Part shown: piece by piece, positions 32,252 through 42,075 of the stretch
Numbering within the stretch: position 1 is the stretch's first letter
How the letters are laid out: each line of letters begins with the position of its first letter
Source of the DNA: Candidatus Heimdallarchaeota archaeon
GTDB lineage: Archaea > Asgardarchaeota > Heimdallarchaeia > JABLTI01
Direction: 5' to 3'
Assembly: GCA_019058275.1 (NCBI GenBank)
Contig: JAHLVW010000025.1
Location: forward strand, 25,171 to 89,170
DNA: 64,000 nt
Notes under the pieces: model-generated
The model's database searches: none
The model's input: only the letters and a program-made list of their open reading frames with translations
Told to the model about the DNA's origin: nothing
Program-made: the position numbers and the translations under genes

Positions 32252-33235
32252 ATGCTTTGGGCTGAAAAATATCGTCCTCGATTCCTTAAAGATATCATCA
32301 ATCAACAAGAAATCAAAAATCGTTTACAAGGTTTTATTAGTGCTGGTACTATGCCCCATCTTCTATTTGCTGGTCCACCTGGTACTGGTAAGACTACTGC
32401 AGCACTTGTTTTAATTAATGAGCTTCTTGGCGATTTTGATGTTTTTGGACGTAAAGAAGATCAACTACAGACCAGCATTCCATATTTAGAGTTAAATGCT
32501 TCTGATGAGCGTGGTATCAATGTTGTTCGTGAACGCATTAAAAATTTTGCTCACCTTATGGCCATTAATGCTCCTTTTCGAATCATTATTTTAGATGAAG
32601 CAGATTCTATGACCCCAGATGCCCAACATGCACTTAGACGAACAATGGAAAAATATAGTTCTACTTGTCGTTTTGTTTTGATTTGTAATTACAGTTCGAA
32701 AATAATTGAGCCTATTCAATCACGTTGTGCCGTTTTTCGTTTTGCACCTTTAAGTGAAAAAGATACCAAGAAGTACCTCCAAAATATCATCAAAAAAGAA
32801 AATATAGCAATCTCACCTGAAGGCATTGCAGCAGTTATTTATGTTTCAGAAGGTGATTTGCGAAGAGCTACTAATGTTTTACAATCCTCAGCAATAGGTG
32901 GGAAAGAAATCTCTGAGGATAATATTTACAAAGCTACAGGAAAAGCTCAACCTCAAGAAATCCGAAAAATGATTAAATTTGCTACCACTGGTGCTTTTAA
33001 AGAATCTCGCAAGTTGTTACTCGAGTTGCTCATTAAGCAAGGACTTTCTGCTCAGGACATTATAAAACAGATTCATCGTGAAGCAATTGTCATGACTGAC
33101 ATTGAAGATAAAACTAAAGTTGAGATGATTAAAATGATAGGTGAGGTTGATTTCAGACTTACTGAAGGATCTAATCCTGAGATACAACTATCAGCTTTGC
33201 TTGCACATTTAGTTGGATTAAAACTGAATTCATAA
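32252..33235 (+). CDS. rfcS: Replication factor C small subunit
   Basis: WAEKYRP, GPPGTGKT, ELNASDERG, LDEAD, IQSRC. Confidence 0.95.
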   Translation: MLWAEKYRPRFLKDIINQQEIKNRLQGFISAGTMPHLLFAGPPGTGKTTAALVLINELLGDFDVFGRKEDQLQTSIPYLELNASDERGINVVRERIKNFAHLMAINAPFRIIILDEADSMTPDAQHALRRTMEKYSSTCRFVLICNYSSKIIEPIQSRCAVFRFAPLSEKDTKKYLQNIIKKENIAISPEGIAAVIYVSEGDLRRATNVLQSSAIGGKEISEDNIYKATGKAQPQEIRKMIKFATTGAFKESRKLLLELLIKQGLSAQDIIKQIHREAIVMTDIEDKTKVEMIKMIGEVDFRLTEGSNPEIQLSALLAHLVGLKLNS

Positions 33236-33246
33236 ATCTAAGTACT

Positions 33247-34548
33247 TTAGTGTATACAAGTTTCAGCTATTTCTACAAGATCTGTTTGAGGGTTTTTCAC
33301 TTCAATTACAGGCTTTAATGGAATTAGTTCAAAATCTTCTTTCAAGCGTTCTATACCACCACCAGTGATATTTAGTAGTACTAGTTCATTTGGATTTATT
33401 TTCTCCTGTTCCACTGCTTGTATTAATGAAGCAATGGCAACTGCTGCTGGGGGTACGATATCAATTTCTTCTGTTTGATAGATAAATTTCATTGCATTTT
33501 TTGCTTCATCTTCTGATACAGCGTACATTTCACCATTAGTATCTGAAAGGGCTTGGTATACTCCACCATCTATTGAATATGATAGTGTTCGATTTGCTAG
33601 AACTTCAGCAAATAATGAAGACATTTCATGAGGTGGAATTCTGAAATCTTCATTGATGATTTGATTTCTTCTTGCTTTCCATGCATGGACTATTGGTGCA
33701 AACCTACTATTTTGTGATAAATGTAAGCGTGCTGGTTGATCACCAAAACGTCCATCTTCTATTAATCTAATTGATGCTTCCCAAGCAGCAATCCCTCCTG
33801 TTCCACTACCAATTGCTTGGAAATAATGCTTAGGAATTTTTCCTATTTCTGCAACGCCTTCAAGAAAACAAGTTCCCATTCCATCTCTTCTTGCTATATT
33901 TCTTGCTCCTCCTTCTGTTTCAACTCCAATTTCGTTGCATATTCTTTTCCCTAATTCTATTGCATTTGTATAATCATTTCCATTAGCTAATGTGATATAC
34001 TTGACATTATTCTCATTGATTTCTTTTGTAGTCCATAATCTTGAGTTTGCAGATTTCGCTGCAACAATTAACACTTCAAAATTTTGATTTATAGTCTCTT
34101 CTGCAAATGCTCTACCAGTATTCCCAGCTGTTGCCAATAGAATCCTTTTAACACCATTTTCTTTTGCACGTGATATGGATGGTGGGGCTTCTAAGCCTTT
34201 GAACGTTCCAGTTAGGATGTTTGCTTTTTTCTCAGGCCAATATCCATTAAACGCAATAAACAGGTTCTGTAACCCTAGTTCTTTAGCAAATCCTTTGGAT
34301 TTGTAAACAACTGTTTTACCTGCTTCACTTTTTGATTCTTTTCCATTTGAAGCTGACTTTTGTATGGGTGGAGATTTTACTGGTAACCATTCATGAAAAC
34401 GCCAGATGTTATTTTCATTTGAAGGGTTAAATTGCCTATTTTCGTATATAGTTCTATAGAAGCCACTTTTTCCACAAGAACAAACTATGTTATAGTTATC
34501 TGTTATTTCTGTATGGCATGAAAGGCATTTGAGTTTATATGAACTCAT
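33247..34548 (-). CDS. Cysteate synthase (threonine synthase-like PLP enzyme)
   Basis: TGTFK.LEA, AGNTGRAF, EGGARNIARRDGMGT, YFQAIGSGTGGIAAWEA match my recollection of methanogen cysteate synthases. Confidence 0.75.
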   Translation of the reverse strand: MSSYKLKCLSCHTEITDNYNIVCSCGKSGFYRTIYENRQFNPSNENNIWRFHEWLPVKSPPIQKSASNGKESKSEAGKTVVYKSKGFAKELGLQNLFIAFNGYWPEKKANILTGTFKGLEAPPSISRAKENGVKRILLATAGNTGRAFAEETINQNFEVLIVAAKSANSRLWTTKEINENNVKYITLANGNDYTNAIELGKRICNEIGVETEGGARNIARRDGMGTCFLEGVAEIGKIPKHYFQAIGSGTGGIAAWEASIRLIEDGRFGDQPARLHLSQNSRFAPIVHAWKARRNQIINEDFRIPPHEMSSLFAEVLANRTLSYSIDGGVYQALSDTNGEMYAVSEDEAKNAMKFIYQTEEIDIVPPAAVAIASLIQAVEQEKINPNELVLLNITGGGIERLKEDFELIPLKPVIEVKNPQTDLVEIAETCIH

Positions 34549-34603
34549 TTCTATGTTCTCCTTAGTTGGATCAATTTAAGTTGAAACTTTTGCATTCTTG
34601 GTT

Positions 34604-35317
34604 TTATTGCTTTAATGACATTGTATGGATACCACATTCTCCCCCACATTTGCTTGTACCAATCCAACGCCCTTCTCGTTCGGGTTCAATATCACTAATC
34701 ATATTTGTGCAAGGTTCACAACCTAAACTTCGATAACCTTTAGCATAAAAGGGATGTATTGGTATGTTGTAAATTGCCATGTATCTCCAAATATCTAATT
34801 CAGTCCAGTTTAGAATTGGGTTGATTTTCACTAATCCGCCTTTTTCCTCGACTTCCTGATAATTTTTACGTGTTCTTCCTTCTGTATTTCTCAAACCGCA
34901 AATCCAAGCATCAAGATTTTTCACTGCTTCTTTTGTTGGCTCAACTTTCAGAATTCTACAACATTTATCAGGATTGGTTTTTGGAAGATTTTTATCTACT
35001 TTCTCCTTAGACATAAATTCGACTAGGTTCAAATTATAATGTTGAATCATTTGATCTTTATACTCGAAAGTTTCTTTTGGTTTAAAAGGAGTCACAACTG
35101 TAAATATTTTTACATCTGGTTTTATTTGCAATGCTAGATGTACAACTACCATGCTATCTTTTCCGAAACTGCATGCTACCTGCACTTTATCACCATATTC
35201 TTCAATAGCATCAGAGATAATCTCTCTTGCATGTTTTATTTTTCCCAGAAGTGTATTTTCTTGGAAATATATTTCTGGATTTTTATTTTTAGTAGCTAAA
35301 TTCATTGCTAAAACCAT
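34604..35317 (-). CDS. cysH: APS/PAPS reductase
   Basis: SFGKDS, CC..LKVEP, SLGCEPCT, EREGRW, ECGIH. Confidence 0.85.
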   Translation of the reverse strand: MVLAMNLATKNKNPEIYFQENTLLGKIKHAREIISDAIEEYGDKVQVACSFGKDSMVVVHLALQIKPDVKIFTVVTPFKPKETFEYKDQMIQHYNLNLVEFMSKEKVDKNLPKTNPDKCCRILKVEPTKEAVKNLDAWICGLRNTEGRTRKNYQEVEEKGGLVKINPILNWTELDIWRYMAIYNIPIHPFYAKGYRSLGCEPCTNMISDIEPEREGRWIGTSKCGGECGIHTMSLKQ

Positions 35318-35548
35318 TCCTTCTCGTTTTGTACTTTGCTTCGTTTTTGTTGGTTTCTCCCAATTTTTTAAGAGAGAATCTCTTGGAAGATGTTCGTATG
35401 AAAATTATAAGATAAACAAATATATAAAGTTGTTTCCTTAAACGGAAAATAAGTTTCCTAATTAGGAAGGAAAAGTCATAGTGGTTTCCTAATTAGGATA
35501 TAATCTTGTCTATTTTTGTCAGTAACGTATCAAAATTCCAGCGGTTAG

Positions 35549-36847
35549 TCATGTCCCTTCCTTAAATCCTGTCAAGTATTCTCGCTGCTCATCTGTTAAC
35601 GGTTGTAGGTTGATGTTGTGGGATTCAAGTGCCATTTGGGCAATATAATCATCTAACTCATTAGGTATGTTTATGACTTCTTTTGAAAGCTTTCCTTCAT
35701 TCTTAGCTATGTATTCAAGTGCTAATGCTTGAACTGCAAATGAACCATCCATTATCTCGAGTGGATGACCTTGTCCAGCAGGTCTTGCTAAATTAACCAG
35801 TCGACCTTTAGAAAGAATATAAAGACGTTTTCCGTCTTTTAGAAGATACAGCTCACAGTTTGGATTAATTTCTTTAATCTCTTTAGCTATTTTTTCCAAA
35901 CCAGGAATGTCAATTTCGATGTCAAAGTGTCCTGCATTTGCTAGCATAGCACCATCTTTCATTAATTTCATATGTTCGATATCAATTACTTTCTTGTCTC
36001 CAGTTGCAGTGATGAACAGATCACCGATTGGTGCTGCTTGCTCCATATTCATAACTTCAAACCCTTCATACAAGGCTTCTAATCCTTTATGCCAACCAGA
36101 AGGTTCTGTTTCTTCAGCATATGGCATTCTATCACCAGCTTCAATGACAATAGTTCTTGCACCCATTCCTCTAGCTCTAATAGCTAATCCTCTTCCACAC
36201 CAACCATACCCTACAACAACAACATTTTTACCAGCAATAAGATTGTTAGTAATAGTCATTATAGCATTAAGAGCAGATTGCCCAGTTCCATATCTGTTAT
36301 CAAATAGATGCTTTGAATACGCACCATTCGCATTCATGATTGGGAATTTCAATGCTCCTTCTTTTTCCATTGCTTTTAGTCGTATGATACCTGTTGTCGT
36401 TTCTTCACTAGCTCCAACAACATTCTCAATTAATTCTGGTCGTTTAAAATGAATGATATTTATTAGATCAGCTCCATCATCAATGAGCAAATTTGGTTTT
36501 GAATCAAGAACACTGTTTAAATTAGCATAATAATCTTCATTGCTCTGATTAGCCCATGCAAAAACTTCGATTCCATCGAATTTAGTCAATGCAGCAGCAA
36601 CTCTATCATCAGTTGTAAGTGGATTGCAACTTGCTACTCTAACAGTAGCACCACCTGCTCTGAGAGTTCTAATGAGTTGTCCTGTTTTCTTTTCCAAATG
36701 CAAAGCAACACTCACTTTCTTTCCTTTCAAAGGTAATTCTTTTTCAAAGCGTTCCTTAATAGCACCTAGTATTGGCATGTTCTTTTCAGCCCATTCTAAT
36801 TCTTTCATACCTTCTTCAGCTAAACCAATGTCTTTTACTTTACTCAT
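35549..36847 (-). CDS. ahcY: Adenosylhomocysteinase
   Basis: SCNPLTT, DDGADL, EETTTG, FDNRYGTGQS, GYGWCGRG, GHP. Confidence 0.95.
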   Translation of the reverse strand: MSKVKDIGLAEEGMKELEWAEKNMPILGAIKERFEKELPLKGKKVSVALHLEKKTGQLIRTLRAGGATVRVASCNPLTTDDRVAAALTKFDGIEVFAWANQSNEDYYANLNSVLDSKPNLLIDDGADLINIIHFKRPELIENVVGASEETTTGIIRLKAMEKEGALKFPIMNANGAYSKHLFDNRYGTGQSALNAIMTITNNLIAGKNVVVVGYGWCGRGLAIRARGMGARTIVIEAGDRMPYAEETEPSGWHKGLEALYEGFEVMNMEQAAPIGDLFITATGDKKVIDIEHMKLMKDGAMLANAGHFDIEIDIPGLEKIAKEIKEINPNCELYLLKDGKRLYILSKGRLVNLARPAGQGHPLEIMDGSFAVQALALEYIAKNEGKLSKEVINIPNELDDYIAQMALESHNINLQPLTDEQREYLTGFKEGT

Positions 36848-37015
36848 AATCCATCACGTACTAGAAAATTATACTATTGCTTTAAGAATTTTTAGAATAT
36901 TAAAATAAAAAAAAAGTAATTAAAGATGAAAGGTCTTAGTCTCGACCCTTCATCAGGGTGTTCACCGCTCACCTTTGTCCTCCACGAACAAAGGAACAGA
37001 ACTATTATGGTTGTT

Positions 37016-37162
37016 TTAATCAGCTGCCCACAATTCATCACGTAATAAATCGCGAATTGCTACCCTAATAATTTCACTTTTGTTTGGGTATCTTTTTTGT
37101 CTGACTAATTCTTCTAGCCCATCAAGGAAGCCCTCGGGAACGTGTACTGTTAGTAATCTCAT
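37016..37162 (-). CDS. Small ribbon-helix-helix regulator, CdrS/aCcr1-like (48 aa; not in ORF track)
   Basis: Manual translation MRLLTVHVPEGFLDGLEELVRQKRYPNKSEIIRVAIRDLLRDELWAAD; GAGGTG SD-like site upstream. Confidence 0.85.
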   Translation of the reverse strand: MRLLTVHVPEGFLDGLEELVRQKRYPNKSEIIRVAIRDLLRDELWAAD

Positions 37163-37292
37163 CAATTTTCTTTACACCTCGACACAAGAGAAAACCCTGG
37201 CTATGATCTCCGCGCTCCAATTTGCTACCATTGTTTTTCGGAGTTTTTGAGTTTTTTTCCATATCCCGTAGGCAATCTCTAGATATAGACGA

Positions 37293-37350
37293 TAGTATCA
37301 TCCCTTTTAAAAAGAAAAGTAATCCTAAAGTACTACCCCCGTACTACCCT
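37293..37350. promoter_or_regulatory. Repeated GTACTACCC-like motifs around a TATA box upstream of the RHH gene
   Basis: AGTATCATCC, AGTAATCC, AGTACTACCC and CGTACTACCC flank TTTTAAAA. Confidence 0.4.
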
Positions 37351-37373
37351 ATTTTCAGTGAATATTAGATAAT

Positions 37374-37700
37374 CTACTTGGAAAAAGATTCTTCAAGTTT
37401 TGCTATAATTGCTTCTTCATCTTTTGAAATAACACCATCTTCTAGTGCTAATTGTTTTACACTAGCAATTAAGCGATCTTTAAAGGAAGCTTTTCCTAAT
37501 GCTTCAGGTATTCCCCCTTCTTCCTCTATGCACTTCGCTACTTCTTTTTCAAATGATCTTATATCAACTTCAATTTGAGAGAGTAATAGAGATTCCTCAG
37601 GAGTAATTACTCCATCTTCCATTGCTTGATTTACGATTGCTTCAAGCAAATTGCTGAGGAAAGGTTTGAAATGCTCTTTGAATGCCATTTTTCTACCCAC
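37374..37700 (-). CDS. Hypothetical protein with a duplicated EDGVI(T/S)xxE motif (TerB/EF-hand-like)
   Basis: AMEDGVITPEE / ALEDGVISKDE. Confidence 0.55.
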   Translation of the reverse strand: MGRKMAFKEHFKPFLSNLLEAIVNQAMEDGVITPEESLLLSQIEVDIRSFEKEVAKCIEEEGGIPEALGKASFKDRLIASVKQLALEDGVISKDEEAIIAKLEESFSK

Positions 37701-37823
37701 TCAATTCATCGATTTGTTTTTTATTATTTTTTCTCTTCTATATATATAATGGTTTAGCAATTACTTGACCGTTAAGGAAATTTAAATAAAAAAATCAAAG
37801 ATTAGTAGTTAGCTACTTCTAAT

Positions 37824-38210
37824 CTATTGCTTAATAGCTATTGCTTCTATTTCTATCCCAACATCTTTCGGTAAACGTGCTACTTCGACTGCTGCCCTAG
37901 CAGGGGGGTTTTCTTTGAAGAACTCGGCATATTTTTCATTCATTTCGCTAAAAGTATCCATATCTTTGAGAAATACGGTACACTTAAGAACATCATCTAA
38001 TGTTGCTCCGGCAGCTTCTAAAACTGCTTTCACGTTTTTCAGAGATTGCTCTGTCTGATCTTTTATTGAACCCTCAACCATTTTTTCAGTTTCTGGATTG
38101 AATGGAATTTGTCCTGATACAAAGATTAAGTTTCCTGCTTTCGTTCCTTGGGAATAAGGACCAATTGCTGCAGGTGCTTTATCGGTTTTGATTATTTCTT
38201 TTTTTGTCAT
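37824..38210 (-). CDS. ridA: RidA/YjgF family enamine deaminase
   Basis: [34 protein letters not shown]. Confidence 0.95.
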   Translation of the reverse strand: MTKKEIIKTDKAPAAIGPYSQGTKAGNLIFVSGQIPFNPETEKMVEGSIKDQTEQSLKNVKAVLEAAGATLDDVLKCTVFLKDMDTFSEMNEKYAEFFKENPPARAAVEVARLPKDVGIEIEAIAIKQ

Positions 38211-38384
38211 AAAAAATGCTCTCCATTATTATTCTAGATGGTATTATTGTTTTTTAATTTTGCTTGAATTCTTTTGAGCGGTTTTCAAATGAAGGTAGAA
38301 TAGTTTGGTTTAAATACCTAGAATTATCAATACACCTTAGAAAATCAAAATGAGAAAATTTCTTTTTATTAGAGGAGAAACTAA

Positions 38385-39170
38385 ATGGCTATGGAACAAT
38401 GGTTAATTTGGACATTAGTTGGTATTGGGCTTGTTTTATTCTTTGTTGCCGCTGCTTTCTTGGCAGGAATAAAAGTAGTCTTAGAATATGAACGATTGGT
38501 TATTTTCAGATTAGGAAAATACAAACGTACAATAGGTCCGGGATTAGTTTATGTCTTCCCAGTCCTAGAATCTGGAAAGAAAGTAGACTTACGTATTATT
38601 ACTCAGGATATTCCTCGACAAGAGGTTATAACTCGAGACAATATTCCTGTTTTAGCAAACACTGTAGTTTACTTCAAGGTTGAACGACCAGAAGATGCTA
38701 TCATTAAAATTGAGAATTATGTGTATGCTGTAAGACAATACACTCAAGCAGCTTTACGTGACACTATAGGTACAATGGAATTAGATCAAGTTTTGACTGA
38801 GCGAGACAATATTGCTCTTGACATTCGAGAAATTGTTGACAAAGAAACAAATGAATGGGGTATAGACATTAAAGGTATTAAAATTCAAGAAATTGAATTA
38901 CCAGCAGAAATGAAACGTGCCTTTGCTATGCAAGCTGAAGCTGAAAGAGAGAAGCGTGCTATTATCATCAAAGCTGAAGGTGAAAAAATAGCTGCAAAAC
39001 AATTCGCAAGTGCAGCTGAAGTGATGGCTAAAGTACCGGGAGCCTTACAGCTTAGAACCTTACAAACAATTCGTGACATCGCTCAAGATCCAAGTGAAAA
39101 AATCGTTATCTTTATGCCCAGTGAATTTTCAGGAATTGCTTCTGAAGTTATTAAAAGAACAAAGAAATAA
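38385..39170 (+). CDS. SPFH/band 7 (stomatin-like) protein
   Basis: TM helix; YERLVIFRLGK, ITRDN, QAEAEREKRA, ALQLRTLQT. Confidence 0.9.
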   Translation: MAMEQWLIWTLVGIGLVLFFVAAAFLAGIKVVLEYERLVIFRLGKYKRTIGPGLVYVFPVLESGKKVDLRIITQDIPRQEVITRDNIPVLANTVVYFKVERPEDAIIKIENYVYAVRQYTQAALRDTIGTMELDQVLTERDNIALDIREIVDKETNEWGIDIKGIKIQEIELPAEMKRAFAMQAEAEREKRAIIIKAEGEKIAAKQFASAAEVMAKVPGALQLRTLQTIRDIAQDPSEKIVIFMPSEFSGIASEVIKRTKK

Positions 39171-39184
39171 CCGGGGTTAAGTAA

Positions 39185-39856
39185 TTGTCAATCCAGCGTA
39201 ATAAGCGATACGTGCAATTTGCATTTAATGGAACGATGCAACAAGTCAAACGGGTGTTACCTAAAATCCCCTATGATCCGAGAATTATCATTGAAGCTGG
39301 AACCCCCTACATTAAGCAATATGGTATGAATGGTGTACGACTCATACGCAGACTTTGGCGTGGCCTTGTTGTTGCTGATTTAAAGATCACTGACGGGGCA
39401 GTAAGTGAAGTACGATACGCAGTTAATGTAGGAGCAAACGCAGTAACGGTTATGGGATCAGCTCCTATTGAAACAATAGATTTCTTCGATGAATACTGTG
39501 AAAATTTAGGGGTCTATTCAATGATAGATATGTTAGGAGTAGATAATCCCCTGAAGAGATTATTTCCATTGAGACACAAACCAAATTTTGTTGTGATTCA
39601 CAAAGGAAGAGATGAGGAAACAAATGTACGAAGTATCATCAGGTATAAGGACATTTCAAAAGTAAGAGGAAAATACGATGTCTTTATTGCAGTTGCAGGC
39701 GGTATAGAAGCTAACGGGGTAAGAAAAGCTTACTTCAATGGTGCAGATGTTGTAATATTAAACATTATTAGCAGAGGAGATCCAAACCAAGGTATTTTAG
39801 ATACAAGTGATTTCCGACGAGTAGTCCCAGCTATTTTGACTCAAATAGGACAATAA
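39185..39856 (+). CDS. HPS/KGPDC (OMP-decarboxylase-fold) family protein, 3-hexulose-6-phosphate synthase-like
   Basis: IIEAGTPYIK, VADLKITD, H.GRDE, AVAGGI. Confidence 0.7.
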   Translation: MSIQRNKRYVQFAFNGTMQQVKRVLPKIPYDPRIIIEAGTPYIKQYGMNGVRLIRRLWRGLVVADLKITDGAVSEVRYAVNVGANAVTVMGSAPIETIDFFDEYCENLGVYSMIDMLGVDNPLKRLFPLRHKPNFVVIHKGRDEETNVRSIIRYKDISKVRGKYDVFIAVAGGIEANGVRKAYFNGADVVILNIISRGDPNQGILDTSDFRRVVPAILTQIGQ

Positions 39857-40114
39857 TTTCAGATTGCAACAAATGGGGTTCATTTTACCCCGTTAATTTT
39901 TCTTTTTAGAAGTGAAATTCTTTTTCAAGGAAGCAGAAAGGGTGATCCAGGAATCAATCTACTATTATTGTATGATAGTGATTATGATGAATTAACTGAT
40001 TGATGACAAAAAAGACAGGCAAAAGTGATTGCAAGGATGGGATTCGTTCTTGAAATCATCCAATTTAAATTTACCCAGGAATATTCCTTTATTTTTTCTA
40101 AATACTCTATTAAT

Positions 40115-41743
40115 TCAATTTCGTAATATGCAAAATTCTTGTATAAGCTTACTTAAACACATATTACAAAATTTACGAGTTTGTGGTTTCGGGATTCTAA
40201 AACAGTTACATAGTAAATTCTTGTATTGAGTTATACTGTAATCCGGCAATCCTATCACTGTAAAGTAACCTCCCTCTTTTAGCTGTAATCCTTTTAATAT
40301 TGTGAATAAAGTATCGAAAGGGTGTGTCGGAAATTGACACTTTGATTTATGGATTTGAAAGGTTAATTGATTATGTTTTGTGAGAAAATCTTTCAAAGAC
40401 AAATCAAAAACTGAAAGCATATTTGTGAATAAGCGAACAGGTATTGCTGTTTTATCTAATTCATATTTGGAAAGTAAGCTTGGTGTTATGGAAAGCTGTG
40501 AAGATAAGTGCTTTTGTTTGTGATGATATTTCTCTCGTAAATGCTGGATAGTATTTCCTAAATTTTTGAAACGCAAATCTGGAATTAATTGGAAATCAAA
40601 ATAATGAGTAAGCATTTTCTTAGTGTTAAAGGCAATTACTTGATCTATCCAAATACCTTGTTTTTCTAACGTAGGAATTCGAGGGGAAAACCGATAGACC
40701 TTTTTCTTCAAGAGTAACCGTAGTTCATCTTGTTTTTGTGGATGGGCTGTATCGATTAATTGAGCAAATCGTTTCCGGGATTCTCCTGCAACAGTAAAAC
40801 TATGTGATATTCCCCCGAAGACTGATTTGGTGTAAAAACGGCAATGAATATTGTGCTGGGATAAGTAAGCAGAAAAATCGTATAAAAATCGTTGTGAAGC
40901 TGAACTAAAACTAATTATCGTTTTATAACTCCCATCAGCATCCATAACACCACGCCAAAAGGCTTTCCGGAAAAGATCATTCTTTTGAAAAATGAGCGGT
41001 TCACGAAGAGCAGGATATTTCCGGGCATTGATCGGTTGTCCAGAGAGAAAATTAAAGAAGCGAACGATCCATTTACCAAGGATGTTAACGTTCCACGCAT
41101 TAGCATTTGATTGTTTGAAAATCTCAATTTTCGATTGAAAAAGTTCCACAAGCAAAGCAGCTATTAGATCAATATGCTCCTTTGAGTAGTCAATGATATT
41201 CACAAAATAGTCTGCAAGATGGCCATCACCTATAACCACCCCAGAAATATAAGCTAAATCTTCAGTAAGGCAGAGTGGAAACTGGAATGCTTCACCACGA
41301 GCAGATTGGAATTGCACTGCCAGTTTTTCGTAAAAGTAGCTCTCCCAATCGTCTACTAACCGAAACAGTGGAAAGGGGAGTCGTTGCTGATTTTCTAGAT
41401 ATGAAATGATCTTCTTCTGCCAATTACGAATAGACTTATTGTAATTACAACCTTTAAAATAATAATGAACTTTTTCAGCTATCGAAAGTGAACGCTTTCG
41501 TACTTTCTGTATCCATGCATGATCTAAAACTAAATACGGAAATGATTGAAGCGGTCGTTCGCCTGAAACAAAATCGATTTTACGTACCAAAATAGGATAA
41601 GGGTGAAGTTGATTATTCTTTAAGAGATACTGTTCACTTTGATGTTTCTCTAGTATTTGGTTCGCAGTAAACCACACCTCTTGTTTCAAAGGTGCAGGGT
41701 CAAGTAGTAGCGGATCAGTTGTCCAAGATAAAAAATTGCGCAT
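40115..41743 (-). CDS. Stand-alone double-motif LAGLIDADG endonuclease-like protein with XRE-HTH (copy 1)
   Basis: LAYISGVVIGDGH and FWRGVMDADGS; HTH 'QKHLSSQLSITPSLLSKYE'; paralog of 61102-62721. Confidence 0.8.
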   Translation of the reverse strand: MRNFLSWTTDPLLLDPAPLKQEVWFTANQILEKHQSEQYLLKNNQLHPYPILVRKIDFVSGERPLQSFPYLVLDHAWIQKVRKRSLSIAEKVHYYFKGCNYNKSIRNWQKKIISYLENQQRLPFPLFRLVDDWESYFYEKLAVQFQSARGEAFQFPLCLTEDLAYISGVVIGDGHLADYFVNIIDYSKEHIDLIAALLVELFQSKIEIFKQSNANAWNVNILGKWIVRFFNFLSGQPINARKYPALREPLIFQKNDLFRKAFWRGVMDADGSYKTIISFSSASQRFLYDFSAYLSQHNIHCRFYTKSVFGGISHSFTVAGESRKRFAQLIDTAHPQKQDELRLLLKKKVYRFSPRIPTLEKQGIWIDQVIAFNTKKMLTHYFDFQLIPDLRFKNLGNTIQHLREKYHHKQKHLSSQLSITPSLLSKYELDKTAIPVRLFTNMLSVFDLSLKDFLTKHNQLTFQIHKSKCQFPTHPFDTLFTILKGLQLKEGGYFTVIGLPDYSITQYKNLLCNCFRIPKPQTRKFCNMCLSKLIQEFCILRN

Positions 41744-41809
41744 TGAGCTTCTCCTATAGAATCATTACTAAACTCTGCTCTTAAACACTGCTTTGGAAAA
41801 TTAAACGAT

Positions 41810-41989
41810 TCATTTTGTTATGCGTTCCATTATAATAGTATCCTCATCTTTTGCATAAATCTCCCATACTTCTCCCTCTTCTATCGTTAAGGTGTCAATG
41901 ATCTCCTTAGGTATTGTCATACGCATACTGTCTCCCATCTTGCCTATTTTTCGTTTGAACCTTATTATCGGTGGTATCTTTTCTACCAT
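41810..41989 (-). CDS. AbrB/MazE/SpoVT-type DNA-binding protein (59 aa; not in ORF track)
   Basis: Manual translation MVEKIPPIIRFKRKIGKMGDSMRMTIPKEIIDTLTIEEGEVWEIYAKDEDTIIMERITK. Confidence 0.8.
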   Translation of the reverse strand: MVEKIPPIIRFKRKIGKMGDSMRMTIPKEIIDTLTIEEGEVWEIYAKDEDTIIMERITK

Positions 41990-42046
41990 TTTAACATCAA
42001 TTGATATTTACTCTCACAACATATTAATTTTCCCATATGAGAAACG

Positions 42047-42075
42047 TTTAAATATATTATATATGTATATTTAAA
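42047..42075. promoter_or_regulatory. Palindromic divergent promoter/operator between abrB and cas7
   Basis: Perfect 10-bp inverted repeat TTTAAATATA-N9-TATATTTAAA, giving a TATA-like box on each strand. Confidence 0.55.

Noticed and set aside
35907-36452. Long antisense ORFs (e.g. 35907-36452, 49068-49577, 16792-17283, 8856-9200)
   Set aside because: Shadow frames of well-supported genes on the opposite strand, with no motifs
40115-41743. Intein or intron-encoded endonuclease
   Set aside because: No Hint motifs or host exteins/exons; both paralogs have their own SD and start
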